From: Octopus vulgaris
Lineage: Eukaryota
Assembly: GCA_951406725.2 (NCBI GenBank)
Contig: OX597823.1
Coordinates: 18,042,001 to 18,106,000 of the forward strand
DNA length: 64,000 nucleotides
Reading direction: 5' to 3'
Shown here: piece by piece, positions 1-11,675 of the stretch
Layout: the number at the start of each line of letters is the position of its first letter
Numbering within the stretch: the stretch's first letter is position 1
Translations under genes and position numbers: made by a program
Notes under the pieces: model-generated
Databases searched by the model: none
What the model was told of the DNA's origin: nothing
The model's input: the letters and a program-made list of their open reading frames with translations, nothing else

Positions 1-649
1 GATAAGGACCAAGCTAGACAAAAACCAAATAGATTCCCAATGTAGGTTACGCAAATTAAAAGAGGAAATTGTTACTCATATAGTAAGTAAATGCAATATG
101 CTGGCACAGAAAGAATACAAGAAAAGACATGACAACCTAGGGAGAGTAATCCACTGGGAATTATGTAGAAAGCTAGAATTTGACCATACTCATAAATGGT
201 ATGAACATGAACCGAGTAAAATACTAGAAAGTAAGAAATATAAGATGCTGTAGGACTGTAACATTCAGACTGATAGAGTAACAGAACCTAGAAGGCCTGA
301 TTCAGTAGTAGCAGATAAAGAGAATAGAAAGCGCCAGGTAGTTGACTTTACAGTCTCGAATGATGAAATAAATCAATATGAAAGGTATAGAAAAATCGCA
401 AAGTATCGAGATCTAACCATTGACTATGGAAAGTGCGGGTAAAATGTATCCCTGTCGTTACAGGTGCATTTGGAAGTATACGTAAAGATCTGAACAGATG
501 GATAGAGGAAACAGGCATAAAACCCAGTTTAGTACAGTTCCAGAAAACAATGTTATCAGGGATAGCTAGGATAGTCAGGAGGGTTCTTGTTGTAGCCCGA
601 TGTTAGGAATTTTTGTTTTCCAGCAGTCTAATCTGTGGAGCATATATGA
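1..649 (+). mobile_element. R4/Dong-clade non-LTR retrotransposon 3' fragment (zinc knuckle + RLE endonuclease), degenerate
   Basis: Frame 2 reads ...CRLRKLKEEIVTHIVSKC..KEYKKRHDNLGRVIHWELC..KWYEHEP..RRPDSVV (degenerate CCHC, RHD, PD motifs) with stops; followed directly by (TAA)n. Confidence 0.85.
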
Positions 650-1171
<522 letters not shown>

Positions 1172-2328
1172 TCTGGCTCAAGGCCAGAATCTTGGGGGGA
1201 GGGGGATTAAGTCGATTACCTCGACCCCAGTATTCAACAGGTACCTAATTTATCGACTCCGAAATTATGAAAGGCAAAGCCGACTCCGATAGCATTTGAA
1301 CTCAGAACATGAGGACGGATGAAAATCCGATTAAAGCACAATGCTATTCTTCGGGGAAGAGACTGTTAAGCATTGAGAAGTGAACACTAAGATGTATGGA
1401 TCCAATCCGAAACCATGTAGTTTTGACGCTAACGTCTTGACCACACAGCCATTATAACGATGAGGATGATGAAGACCTAAGGTTACACGAGAACATCAAC
1501 ACCGCCATGAATAACGATACCGCTATCATTAGGATAATAGCAAAAAGAACGATGCTAAAGTTTCTCTGCTAGACCACATGTAGACAGAAAGATGTCTTTC
1601 TCGTAAATACGGGAAAATTGCAGTATGCAAGACTACACTTTGAAAAAAGGAGCACTATCATATGATAATGTGTTAGCGAAGAAAATTCTGCACTAACTCA
1701 GGTAGAGAAGTGAGGAAGCTTGTGGAATGGAATAGAATACTTCGTAAAAAAGAGGTTGTACATGTGTATGGAAGTCCGCTCTCACACAGGACAAGACGCC
1801 AAGAGGCTTTTCACTGTCCGGTGCGTAAGTGAAAAAATTGTTTTCGTCTCTCACCAATGGGATCACTGCGAGAAATTGCCGTTGAAGGTGAATTTTAGGA
1901 AGATTAACGAGGGATAACCGACTATAAAATGTCTTCCAAGAACTCTGATCGTGAATGTTTAAACCTCGTTGTTTGATAACGTAGGAAAACAGGAAAATCA
2001 TCAGATGTTTCCAGAAAGAAAAAAAGGCGCACCCAGTTACTATGTACATGGTACCACCTATCACTTGAAGGCATTCTGCTCCTAGGAGGAAAAAACATAG
2101 GTAACCTTTCCTGCACCCAGCATCACTACCACAAAATATTTAGCTGTAGTGGCTGCATCATGATCAACAACACAACCAGCCGCACTAACGTCAACAACCA
2201 CATAAGTGTGATTCAGGAACAATAAATTCAAGGTGAATACTTGATAAATGTAAGCACCTGTATATGCCAGCTAGTGGTATAGGTGATAGGATATATGTAT
2301 CAAAAGAAAAACAGGACGCAAAGGATTT

Positions 2329-2417
2329 TGCGATACATATGTTTCGGGCTTTATTGAACGACTTATATCAATGTATAATTGATATAACACGTAGATCAAA
2401 AGCCTTCTTCGGCCGCA
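2329..2417 (-). ncRNA. Type I hammerhead ribozyme motif, U4C core variant, long helix II
   Basis: Minus strand: TGCGG-CCGAAGA-[AGGCTTT..TTATATCAAT/ATTGATATAA..AAAGCCC]-GAA-ACATATGT-A-TCGCA; helices I, II and III all pair. Confidence 0.7.
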
Positions 2418-3476
2418 TACAATTACCACACCAAAGACATGTATCACATTATAACAGGTTTGAGAAAAAGTCTGAGAAAAAAACCGAGTTTCATTGGGAA
2501 AGTAAATTGTCATAGACGTACATGGTATTGCGAGACTCCAAAGCAGTGTGATTCGGTAAATACAGGGTTGCACAGAGCCTCTATGTGATAGCTCCACCTC
2601 GAAATAACAGGTTAAAAAATTTCAACTCCCTTTTGTCCTTATAATATTAGTAGTTAAGAATCTTCAGTTTCCAACAAAATATACTAAGTCTATTTTATGT
2701 ATTGAGTAATTTAAATACTTTTTCTTCCTCTGTACGCACGATACATTCACCAATGCCTTCGTGATCTCAATTCACTAACATCCGGTATTTATTATAACAA
2801 CAGTGTACTTAAAATTTCTTCTCTTTAACAATCGCGCTCCATAATGTCTTTCACCCCTTCATTTTAACTAACTCAAATGAAATAGTCCCAACAATAATTA
2901 TTTCTACCTAATTAATTAATTAATTTTCTTGCCATATTTTAATTGCCATTACGCGATATCGGAAACCCTTAGCAAAATTTAAGAAATTGAGTCACATACG
3001 TCACTGATATTTCAATAAGAACTTAAGTCTTAATTATCTGACGATTGTCCAATACACATGAATATTAAAGTCTGAAATACGATGCATTATTACTAACGGA
3101 TTATATAACTATATGTGTACGTGTGCGTATGTGTGGGAATGTGTATGTGTGAGTATGCGCGTATGTGTTTACTGATACGCACATACATATGTATACATGC
3201 GTGTGGAAGAGCGTGTGTTAGTGTACATACATGCATAAAAGGAAGAAAAGAGCACAAAGTAAGTTTTATAAATATAATTTGTAGATGAGCAGCAAGCGAT
3301 TTATGGGGCCATTTCGCAGTTAAACGACGTGGAGGTGGGGCTAAAAGTCTGCTTCAAGCCTCACATAAATGAATGGATAGCGTACATATCCATGTGTGTA
3401 TATATGCACGTGTGTGTATGTGTATACATGACACGTACAAACATATGAGTATATACATACATATATATACACATAT

Positions 3477-3509
<33 letters not shown>

Positions 3510-3555
3510 GAAAGAATGGAGTTGAACGACTAGTTAACAAATATCCTTTATTCTC

Positions 3556-3628
3556 GACATATGTTTCGAAGGCTGCATATTCCTAATTCCGAAGGAATAA
3601 GGAGTACATTATGCAGATTTCTCATCAG
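3556..3628 (-). ncRNA. Hammerhead motif (canonical core, GUC), helix I disrupted, in a module between (TA)n tracts (~3510-3680)
   Basis: Minus strand: CTGATGA-GAA..CTGCATA...TATGCAG..TTC-GAA-ACATATGT-C. Confidence 0.65.
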
Positions 3629-4094
3629 GTTATCTTTCGAATTATCCTTAATAAGATAATTCATTCAACTACTCAAATATATATATATATATATATTCAA
3701 AAATAGTAAAATAGAAGAGAGGGTGCATTCTGTATATCTTACTTTAGAACAACGTAACTGCACTTTCACATGCAGTTTTCACTACAATATAATCATTTCA
3801 TTTGCTATCAAATGAAGATGATCGAAATGCTTTTGGCAAAATCTTGCAGTATTGCTATCTCCAGCACTGCCGAGTAGCATTGATTCTAGCCACGTAAATG
3901 GCCGGTGTCCTTTGGACTATACTGTAGAGCACTTATGCCTCCCGTCCTCAATTATCCTTGCAACCACCACAACACACCACACCGGATACAGATATAAACA
4001 CTGCAACCATGTAGAAACTACTTTGTTTTACTATTCTCAGAGGATCTGTTATTCGCGCTCAGCTTGGTATTTTTCTCACATACGTCCGGCACAC

Positions 4095-4174
<80 letters not shown>

Positions 4175-4187
4175 TATATACATACAG

Positions 4188-4238
<51 letters not shown>

Positions 4239-4241
<3 letters not shown>

Positions 4242-4635
4242 TTATATATAAAAGAGAGGTTGCGTGCTGTCTGTCTCCTACGATTTAGATTCCTAACTAC
4301 TCCCACATTTTGCGGTGCAGTGTAACCAAAAGCGGGTATCTTATAGTCGTGATTCATATCGAGCCCTTCTGGGCATTAGCACGTGTCTACGATGAGTCTA
4401 CGATTTAAAAAAACATTACCATAATTTTTTCCCATTTTTAATGTATTTTTTCGCTATTATATAAGGGAAGTAACTCTCTAAAAATGTATTATTAAATCTC
4501 AGAACGTAAAAAGCTACAGTAACAGCCCCCTTTGTGGTTAGCCATATTGAGATGGCTATTATACTTTACATCTCTAAAAATGCTTATATAGTTATTTCCC
4601 TTACAAACCCGAGCAACGCCGGGCGATACTGCTAG
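4239..4635 (+). mobile_element. Non-autonomous Helitron
   Basis: A|TC 5' end (TCTTTATATATAAAAG), 3' hairpin CCCG-AGCAACGC-CGGG then CTAG|T, no TSD, inserted in (TA)n. Confidence 0.85.
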
Positions 4636-4838
4636 TATATATAGTATATATATATGCTAGTATATATATACTGCTATATATATATCTATATCTATATATA
4701 TATCTATATATATCAGTGTGTGTGTGTGAGAGAGAGAGAGAGAGTGTGTGTGGTACAAAAATGGAATAAAAACCACGAAGTCTAGGTAAAAATATACAAA
4801 CACGATGTATTAGGTTGACGTACACAAAGATTAGAAGT

Positions 4839-4874
4839 CTTTAACGTTTCGAGCCTAAGCTATTCTACGGAAAG
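4839..4874 (-). ncRNA. Minimal hammerhead-like motif (A6U family)
   Basis: Minus strand: CTTT-CCGTAGA-A-TAGC-TTAG-GCTC-GAA-ACGT-T-AAAG. Confidence 0.5.
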
Positions 4875-5050
4875 GATACTGTTGTAATTCAACGCCGGAC
4901 TGTTATAACGTTAACTCCGGTATAGCAGGATAGTTAGTTAGACAAGTAAGACACAACTGTCTTTGACCGACTACCCCGACGGCACAGTATTTGTAAAGAC
5001 TGGTACATACCACTCGTCACATGGGAGGGATGTGCCATTGATATTAGAAA

Positions 5051-5280
5051 GGCGGCGAGCTGGCAGAAACGTTAGCACGCCGGGCGAAATGCTTAGCGGT
5101 ATTTCGTCTGCATTACGTTGTGAGTTCAAATTCTGCCGAGGTCGACTTTGCCTTTTATCCTTTCGGGGTCGATAAATTAAGTACCAATTACGCACTGGGG
5201 TCGATGTAATCGACTTAATATCTATGTCTGTCCTTGTTTGTCTCCTCTGTGTTTAGCCCCTTGTGGGTAATAAAGAAGTA
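5051..5280 (+). mobile_element. tRNA-derived SINE group A, full monomer with TSD
   Basis: A-box-like TGGCAGAAACGTT, B-box GAGTTCAAATTC; TSD GATATTAGAAA at 5040-5050 and 5281-5291. Confidence 0.9.
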
Positions 5281-5383
5281 GATATTAGAAAGAAAGAATG
5301 GAAGGAAGGAAGGAAGGAAAGAAGAAATAAATAAAGAAAGAAAGAAGGAATGGAAGGAAGGAAAGAGGAAGAAAGAAAGAAAG

Positions 5384-5420
<37 letters not shown>

Positions 5421-5769
5421 ATGGAAGGAAGGAAGGAAAGAAGAAATAAATAAATAAATAAAGAAAGAAAGAAAGAATGGAAGGAAGGAAAAAGGAAGAA
5501 AGAAATAAAGAATGTAAGGAAGGCAAAAAGGAAGAAAGAGAGAATGAAAGAAAGAAAGAATGACAGAAAGAATCATTTAGGATTTGCTTAAGACAAATTA
5601 TTTCATAAACGGGTGTTGATTTTACTCATTTACTTATCAGTACGTTCGCTTGAAGCGTGTATAAAACGAATTAACTGAGATGGACGGGGATGTGGATAGA
5701 TTGGGAATAATACTTATGCGTACGTTTGTTAAACATGCATTCAGCCCACTTGTATATATCTTTAAATAT

Positions 5770-6102
5770 GTGAAGGCGCATGGCTTAGTGATTAGGGCAT
5801 TCGGCTCGCGATCGTAAGGTTGTGACTTCAATTCCCGGTGACGCGTTCTGTCCTTGAGCAAGATACTTTATTTTACGTTGCTCCGGTTCACTCACCTGGC
5901 AAAAATGGATAGTACCTGTATTTCAAAGGGCCAGCCTTGTCTTGTCACACTCTGTATCACGCTGAATCTCCCTGAGAACTACGTTAAGGGCACATGTGTC
6001 TGTCTGTGGAGTGCTCAGCCATTTGCACGTTATTTTAACGAGCAATCTGTTCCGTCGATCGCATCAGCTGAGACCCTCGTCGCTATAACCGACGGAGTGC
6101 TT

Positions 6103-6104
<2 letters not shown>
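5770..6104 (+). mobile_element. tRNA-derived SINE group C variant (CORE-like middle, tail shared with 18757 copy)
   Basis: tRNA-like head GTGAAGGCGCATGGCTTAGTG..., TCCTTGAGCAAG, tail GTACCTGTATTTCAAAGGGCC...GACGGAGTGCTTCC. Confidence 0.8.
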
Positions 6105-6165
<61 letters not shown>

Positions 6166-6352
6166 TTATGTCCGTGTGAGTGCGTATGGCGCGCGCATGC
6201 GTGTGACTGCGTTTGGAGCGCGCAGACGTATGTGTGTGTGTTTATACTTGAATAGAGTGAAAGTAGGTGGCGTCAAAATATATGTCTACATCAATAATAT
6301 ACAAAACAGTTGTATAAATTAATGCACAAATATTTACAATTCATTTTCTGTT

Positions 6353-7235
6353 CATACATACACACACACACACATACATACATACATACATACATACATA
6401 CATACATACATACATACATACATACATACATACATACATACATACATACATACATACATGCATACATACATACATACATACATACATACATGCATACATA
6501 CATACATACATACATACATACATGCATACATACATACATACATGCATACATACATACATACATGCATACATACATACATGCATACATACATACATACATA
6601 CATGCATACATACATACATACATACATACATACATACATACATACATAATACATACATACATACATACATACATACATACATACATACATACATACATAC
6701 ATACATACATACATACATGCATACATACATACATGCATACATACATACATACATACATTCATACATACATACATACATACATACATACATACATACATAC
6801 ATGCATACATAATACATACATACATACATACATACATACATGCATACATGCATACATACATACATACATACATACATGCATACATACATACATACATACA
6901 TACATACATACATACATACATGCATGCATACATACATACATACATACATACATACATACATACATACATGCATACATGCATACATACATACATACATACA
7001 TACATACATGCATACACACATACATACACACATACATACATACATACATACATACATACATACATTCATACATACATACATGCATACATACATACATACA
7101 CACATACATACATACATACATACATGCATACATACATACATGCATACATGCATACATACATACATTCATACATACATACATGCATACACACATACATACA
7201 CACATACATACATACATACATACATACATACATAC
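6353..7235 (+). repeat. (TACA)n/(TGCA) microsatellite, about 0.9 kb
   Basis: Direct reading; source of the HTYI/MYVC ORFs. Confidence 0.95.
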
Positions 7236-7401
7236 AAGCACACAGATTTAAGTGTCCTTGTCCTCTCCTAGAAACTTCTTTGCATTCGCATATATACGTG
7301 CGTCCTGTGTGTGTATACACACATATGGATAAACACACATGCATAAACACACATATGTATATGTATACATATATGTATATATATATATATAAACAATAAT
7401 A

Positions 7402-7436
<35 letters not shown>

Positions 7437-8190
7437 CGTATGTATGTATTATATATATATATATATATATGCGTGCACATATGTATGTGTTTATGTGCAG
7501 ATGCATATATGCGTGAGAGTTGCATGCATACGCACATGCCAAAACTTTGTGGGGTAAGGCAAGGGCACATTCTATGAAATCAGTTAACAATTCACAAAGA
7601 ATAGTAATTATGTGTTTGTTAAAACAAATAAATCTTCGTTGTCAACTGCGAGAAAAAAATTATGAAATGAAATGCACAAAAGAATAAAAAATAAAAAAGA
7701 TTTTTATCTAAATTGTTTTTGCGTTTTTATAGAATATTTTTTGACCATATTTTCTTTTATTGTCGAAGATCCCGATTATAGCCTAAATAATTCCAGATGT
7801 TTAAATCAACATTTAAATATCCAATTGTTGAGTTAGTTAATTATTTACTGCTGAATTAACATTTTTTTAATTCAGTACTTAACTTTGTATTAAATATCAA
7901 ATACCTCTGCACCAAGCAAAGGATTTTGACCATTTTGAAAGTAAGATTGTTCACGGGATAATAAAATAACTAATAGAACGAACAGGGTGGAAAGAAATTT
8001 ACAAGCTTGTCTTCGTTTTTGTAAGCTTAGAACCCAGTAAAAAATAACTGTGTGGCGATTGTCTTCTAGATCGAAACCAGAACATGTGAAGTGACATAGT
8101 CATGTGATGTGGAATTTATAGCCGAGAATTTGGTCACGTCTAATAATGAAGAAATGAACAATGTTTATTTCTTCTTATGTTTATTAAGCA

Positions 8191-8561
8191 CTAGCAGTAT
8201 CGCCCGGCGTTGCTCGGGTTTGTAAGGGAAATAACTATAAAGCATTTTTAGAGAGTTATAGCCAAAAAATGGAAAAAAAAATGATGGTAAATTTTTTTTA
8301 GTTAAAAAGGTCGAATTGCGTCCCCTAGACAGTCTGTGGTTTGTGTTTCTGATTCTCGACCCCATGTCGAATTTATCGATTTTTTTCAGAACTGGGGGAA
8401 CTTCTCAAAATTTTCGCTGCGTTAGTTTTGAATTATGACATTGGGCTATGTGTGTGTCAAGTTTCATCAGAATCGGTTGAAAGCCGTGGTCAGGGTGAGG
8501 GTACAACCTAACAGACACACAGAAACACACACAGACAAACTGCCGTTTATATATAGAGAGA
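8191..8561 (-). mobile_element. Non-autonomous Helitron, alternative 5' portion
   Basis: Same 3' hairpin+CTAG as 4239 copy; different 5' part starting A|TCTCTCTATATATAAACGG. Confidence 0.8.
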
Positions 8562-8603
8562 TACTGCTTAGGGAGCATCTACATGGACACTCGACCTCTT
8601 CTC

Positions 8604-8998
8604 TCTTTCACTTGTTTCAGTCATTTGACTGCGGCCATGCTGGGGCACCGCCTTTAGTCGACCAAATCGACCCCAGGACTTATTCTTTGTAAGCCTAGTA
8701 CTTACTCTATCGGTCTCTTTTGCCGAACCGCTAAGTTACGGGGGACGCAAACACACCAGCATCGGTTGTCAAGCGATGTTGGGAGGACAAACACAGACAC
8801 ACAAACATATACACACACATACATATATATACATATATACGACGGGCTTCTTTCAGTTTCTGTCTACCAAATCCACTCAAAAGGCTTTGGTCGGCCCGAG
8901 GTTATAGTTGAAGACACTTACCCAAGGTGCCACGTAGTGGGACTCAACCCGGAACCATGTGGTTGGTAAGCAAGCTACTTACCACGCAGCCACTCCTG
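8604..8998 (-). mobile_element. tRNA-derived SINE group B (internal microsatellite)
   Basis: Head GGAGTGGCTG..GGTAAGTAGCTTG; CORE-like CCTTGGGyAAGTGTCTT; tail ..CAAATGACTGAAACAAGT. Confidence 0.85.
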
Positions 8999-9154
8999 AC
9001 CTCATAGAATAGTCAAGCGATCTTCCCCTGTTACACTCGGACGTCTTTTAGAAAAAAGGACACAGGGCAGTAATATGGCTAATAAATGCTAGATGTGTGG
9101 CAAAGTAAACAAGGTACGATATAAAAAAAAAAAGCCGATCATCTGCGAAATGTA

Positions 9155-9375
9155 CGAGGGGTGCTGAAATGTTTCTGGCTTTAAGGACATCGCGAAAGGC
9201 CTAGTTGGGGGCCCAGTTTTCCGAGTCCTTTTACGGGGCTTAGAAAAACTGAAGGACTACTGTAATAAGTGCGTGAATCTGAGAGGGGACTATGATGTTG
9301 AATAAAATCATGATTAACTGATCTTCCTGCATTTTCTTTTAAAATCAAAACCAGGAACTTTTCAGCATCTTCTTG
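9155..9375 (+). mobile_element. Mariner-derived MITE
   Basis: TA flanks; imperfect TIRs CGAGGGGTGCTGAAATGTTTCTGG / CCAGGAACTTTTCAGCATCTTCTTG; interior encodes mariner C-terminus-like GLEKLKDYCNKCVNLRGDY. Confidence 0.75.
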
Positions 9376-10239
9376 TACATCAATTCACATCGAAATAGAT
9401 GTACATCAAAGAATGTACATCTATTTCGTCACTGCGCTCAACACTTGCATCCGTCCATCCATCCATCCATCCATCCATCCATCCATCCATCCATCCATCC
9501 ATCCATCCGTCCGTCCGTCCATCCATCCATCCATCCATCCATCCATCCATCCATCCATACATACATACATACATACATACATACATACATACACAAACAC
9601 ACATACATACATACATAACATACATACAAACAAACATACATACATACATACCTATATACATATGTACGTACATACCTACGTACGTACGTATGTATGTATG
9701 TTTGTATGTATGTATGTATGTATGTATGTATCTCTTATTATAAAAGGCAGATTTTATCTTCCTCCCTTTGGGAGTTATACAAATCTACAATATAGGATTT
9801 CTTCAATTACAATTTACCTAGCATTTTTAAGAGTACAATGCATCGCGTCATGCCAGGTCCAGTTTTTAAAATTTAAACTCCAATTAAGCAAAATTTACAG
9901 AAATCTCACATTCTGGTGTGTGTGTCAAATGCTTTTCTTAGTCTGGTTTACACCACACGCAAACGCACACACACAGTGGGCAACGAATAAAATGAAAGTA
10001 ATTCACTTACTGTAGTGAGTGATTCTTTCACTCTGCCTCCCACTTCCTCTTTCCACACATAGACACGCAAATATATAAATAAAATTGTAGGCTAACGTGC
10101 GTGTGTGTGAGTGTGTGTGTATGTGTGTGTGCGCGCGTGTGTGTGTGTGAGGGTGCGTGTGTGTGTGTGCGTGTGCGTGAGTGTGTGACAGGAAAGTTTT
10201 TTACGACGAATATAAGACCTATATCCAAGTAGCAGAAAG

Positions 10240-10503
10240 ATAAGACAGTAAGGTGTGATTTGAGGGAGATTTGGCTGCTATTTCTACCATGTCTAACTGC
10301 CATGTAGGGGTCTCCCTCATAGGCTCATAATACATATATACATAGATAAGACAGTAAGGTGTGATTTTGGGGAAATTTGGCTGCTATTTCTACCAGGTCT
10401 AGCTACCATGTAGAGGTCCCCCTCATTGGCTCATATATATATACATACATAAGACAGTAAGGTGTGATTTGAGGGAGATTTGGCTGCTGTTTCTACCAGG
10501 TCT
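10240..10503 (+). repeat. Tandem repeat, about 2.5 units of ~105 bp
   Basis: ATAAGACAGTAAGGTGTGATTT recurs at 10240, 10346 and 10449. Confidence 0.85.
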
Positions 10504-10860
10504 GTTAGGCCTTCTCATGTAAACTCAAGCTTTCTCATGCCTTGAACATAAGACCAAAGCAGAGAATGTATTCTTTTATTCTTCTGCTTTTTCCAGCCAT
10601 TGGTCTGTGGCCATGCTGGGGCAATGCCTTGAAGAATTGTAGTTTAATGAATCAACTCCAGTTTTATTTTTGTAAGCATTGTACTTATTCTATCTGTTTC
10701 CTTTGTCAAACCACTAGGTGACAGGGATGTAAACAAACCAACATTCGTTGTCAAGCAGTGGTGGAGGACAATCACAAGCACAGACACGCACACACACACA
10801 CATACATGCATACACATATACACACATACATACATATATATATATGTGTGTATATATATA

Positions 10861-11183
10861 TTGCAGCGTGGAAGGTGTTTGTAAGCCATTTAAGAAACAC
10901 ACAAAAACCGTTACATTCACTTCAACATTTAAATTTAATTTGCCAAAATATTTTCGTCGCTTTCAGACCGCGACCTGTTCATTGACAAAAATATCGTGCT
11001 AACAGGTCGCGGTCTCAAAGCGACGAAAATATTTTGACAAATTAAATTTCAATGTTGAAGTGAATGTAACGGTTTTTGTGTGTTTCTTAAATGGCTTATA
11101 AACACCTTCAACGCTGCAACTGTTTTCATTCCAGCACACGATCTCAGATCAAGTCACTTGCTATGCAAGTACATCTCTGTAAC
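10861..11183. mobile_element. Penelope-like fold-back module (119-bp inverted arms plus tail) between (TA)n tracts
   Basis: Arms 10861-10979 and 11001-11119 are near-perfect reverse complements; HHR motif at centre. Confidence 0.7.
10939..10989 (-). ncRNA. Hammerhead-like motif with C8 variant core
   Basis: Minus strand: TTTGTCA-ATGAACA-G-GTCGC-GGTCTGAAA-GCGAC-GAA-AATATT-T-TGGCAAA; 7-bp helix I, 5-bp helix II, palindromic helix III. Confidence 0.55.
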
Positions 11184-11281
11184 TATATATATATTTATAT
11201 ATATATATATATGTATATTGGTAAAAACTGTAAGATAACAAAAGAAAGAAAGAGACCTCAATATTATGTAAATAGAGGAAA

Positions 11282-11675
11282 TCTTTATATATAAAAGTGA
11301 GGTTGTCTGTCTGTCTCCTACGATTTAGATTCCTAACTACTCCCACATTTTGCGGTCCAGTTTAACCAAAACCGGGTATCTTATAGTCGTGATTCATATC
11401 GAGACCGTCTGGGTATTAGCGCGCGTCTACGATGAGTCTACGATTTAAAAAAAATTTACCATCAATTTTTCCCATTTTTAATCCATTTTTGACATATATA
11501 AGGGAAGTAACTCTCTAAAATTTATTATTAAATCTCAGAACGTAAAAAGCTACAGTAACACCCCTCCCCCTTTGTGGTTAGCCATATTGAGATGGCTATT
11601 ATACTTTACATCTCTAAAAATGCTTATATAATTATTTCCCTTACAAACCCGAGCAACGCCGGGCGATACTGCTAG
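11282..11675 (+). mobile_element. Non-autonomous Helitron
   Basis: A|TC...hairpin-CTAG|T; near-identical to 4239-4635. Confidence 0.85.

Noticed and set aside
1693-2116. Non-repetitive ORFs of 64-123 aa
   Set aside because: No recognisable motif or splice context; probably decayed TE
6291-7590. Long ORFs (HTYI/MYVC repeats, up to 313 aa) and similar YIYI, poly-N/I, SIYL and poly-K/F ORFs throughout
   Set aside because: Stop-free frames of microsatellites; no domain content
9731-10200. Helitron-like 5' start TCTCTTATTATAAAAGGCAG
   Set aside because: No matching 3' hairpin-CTAG found
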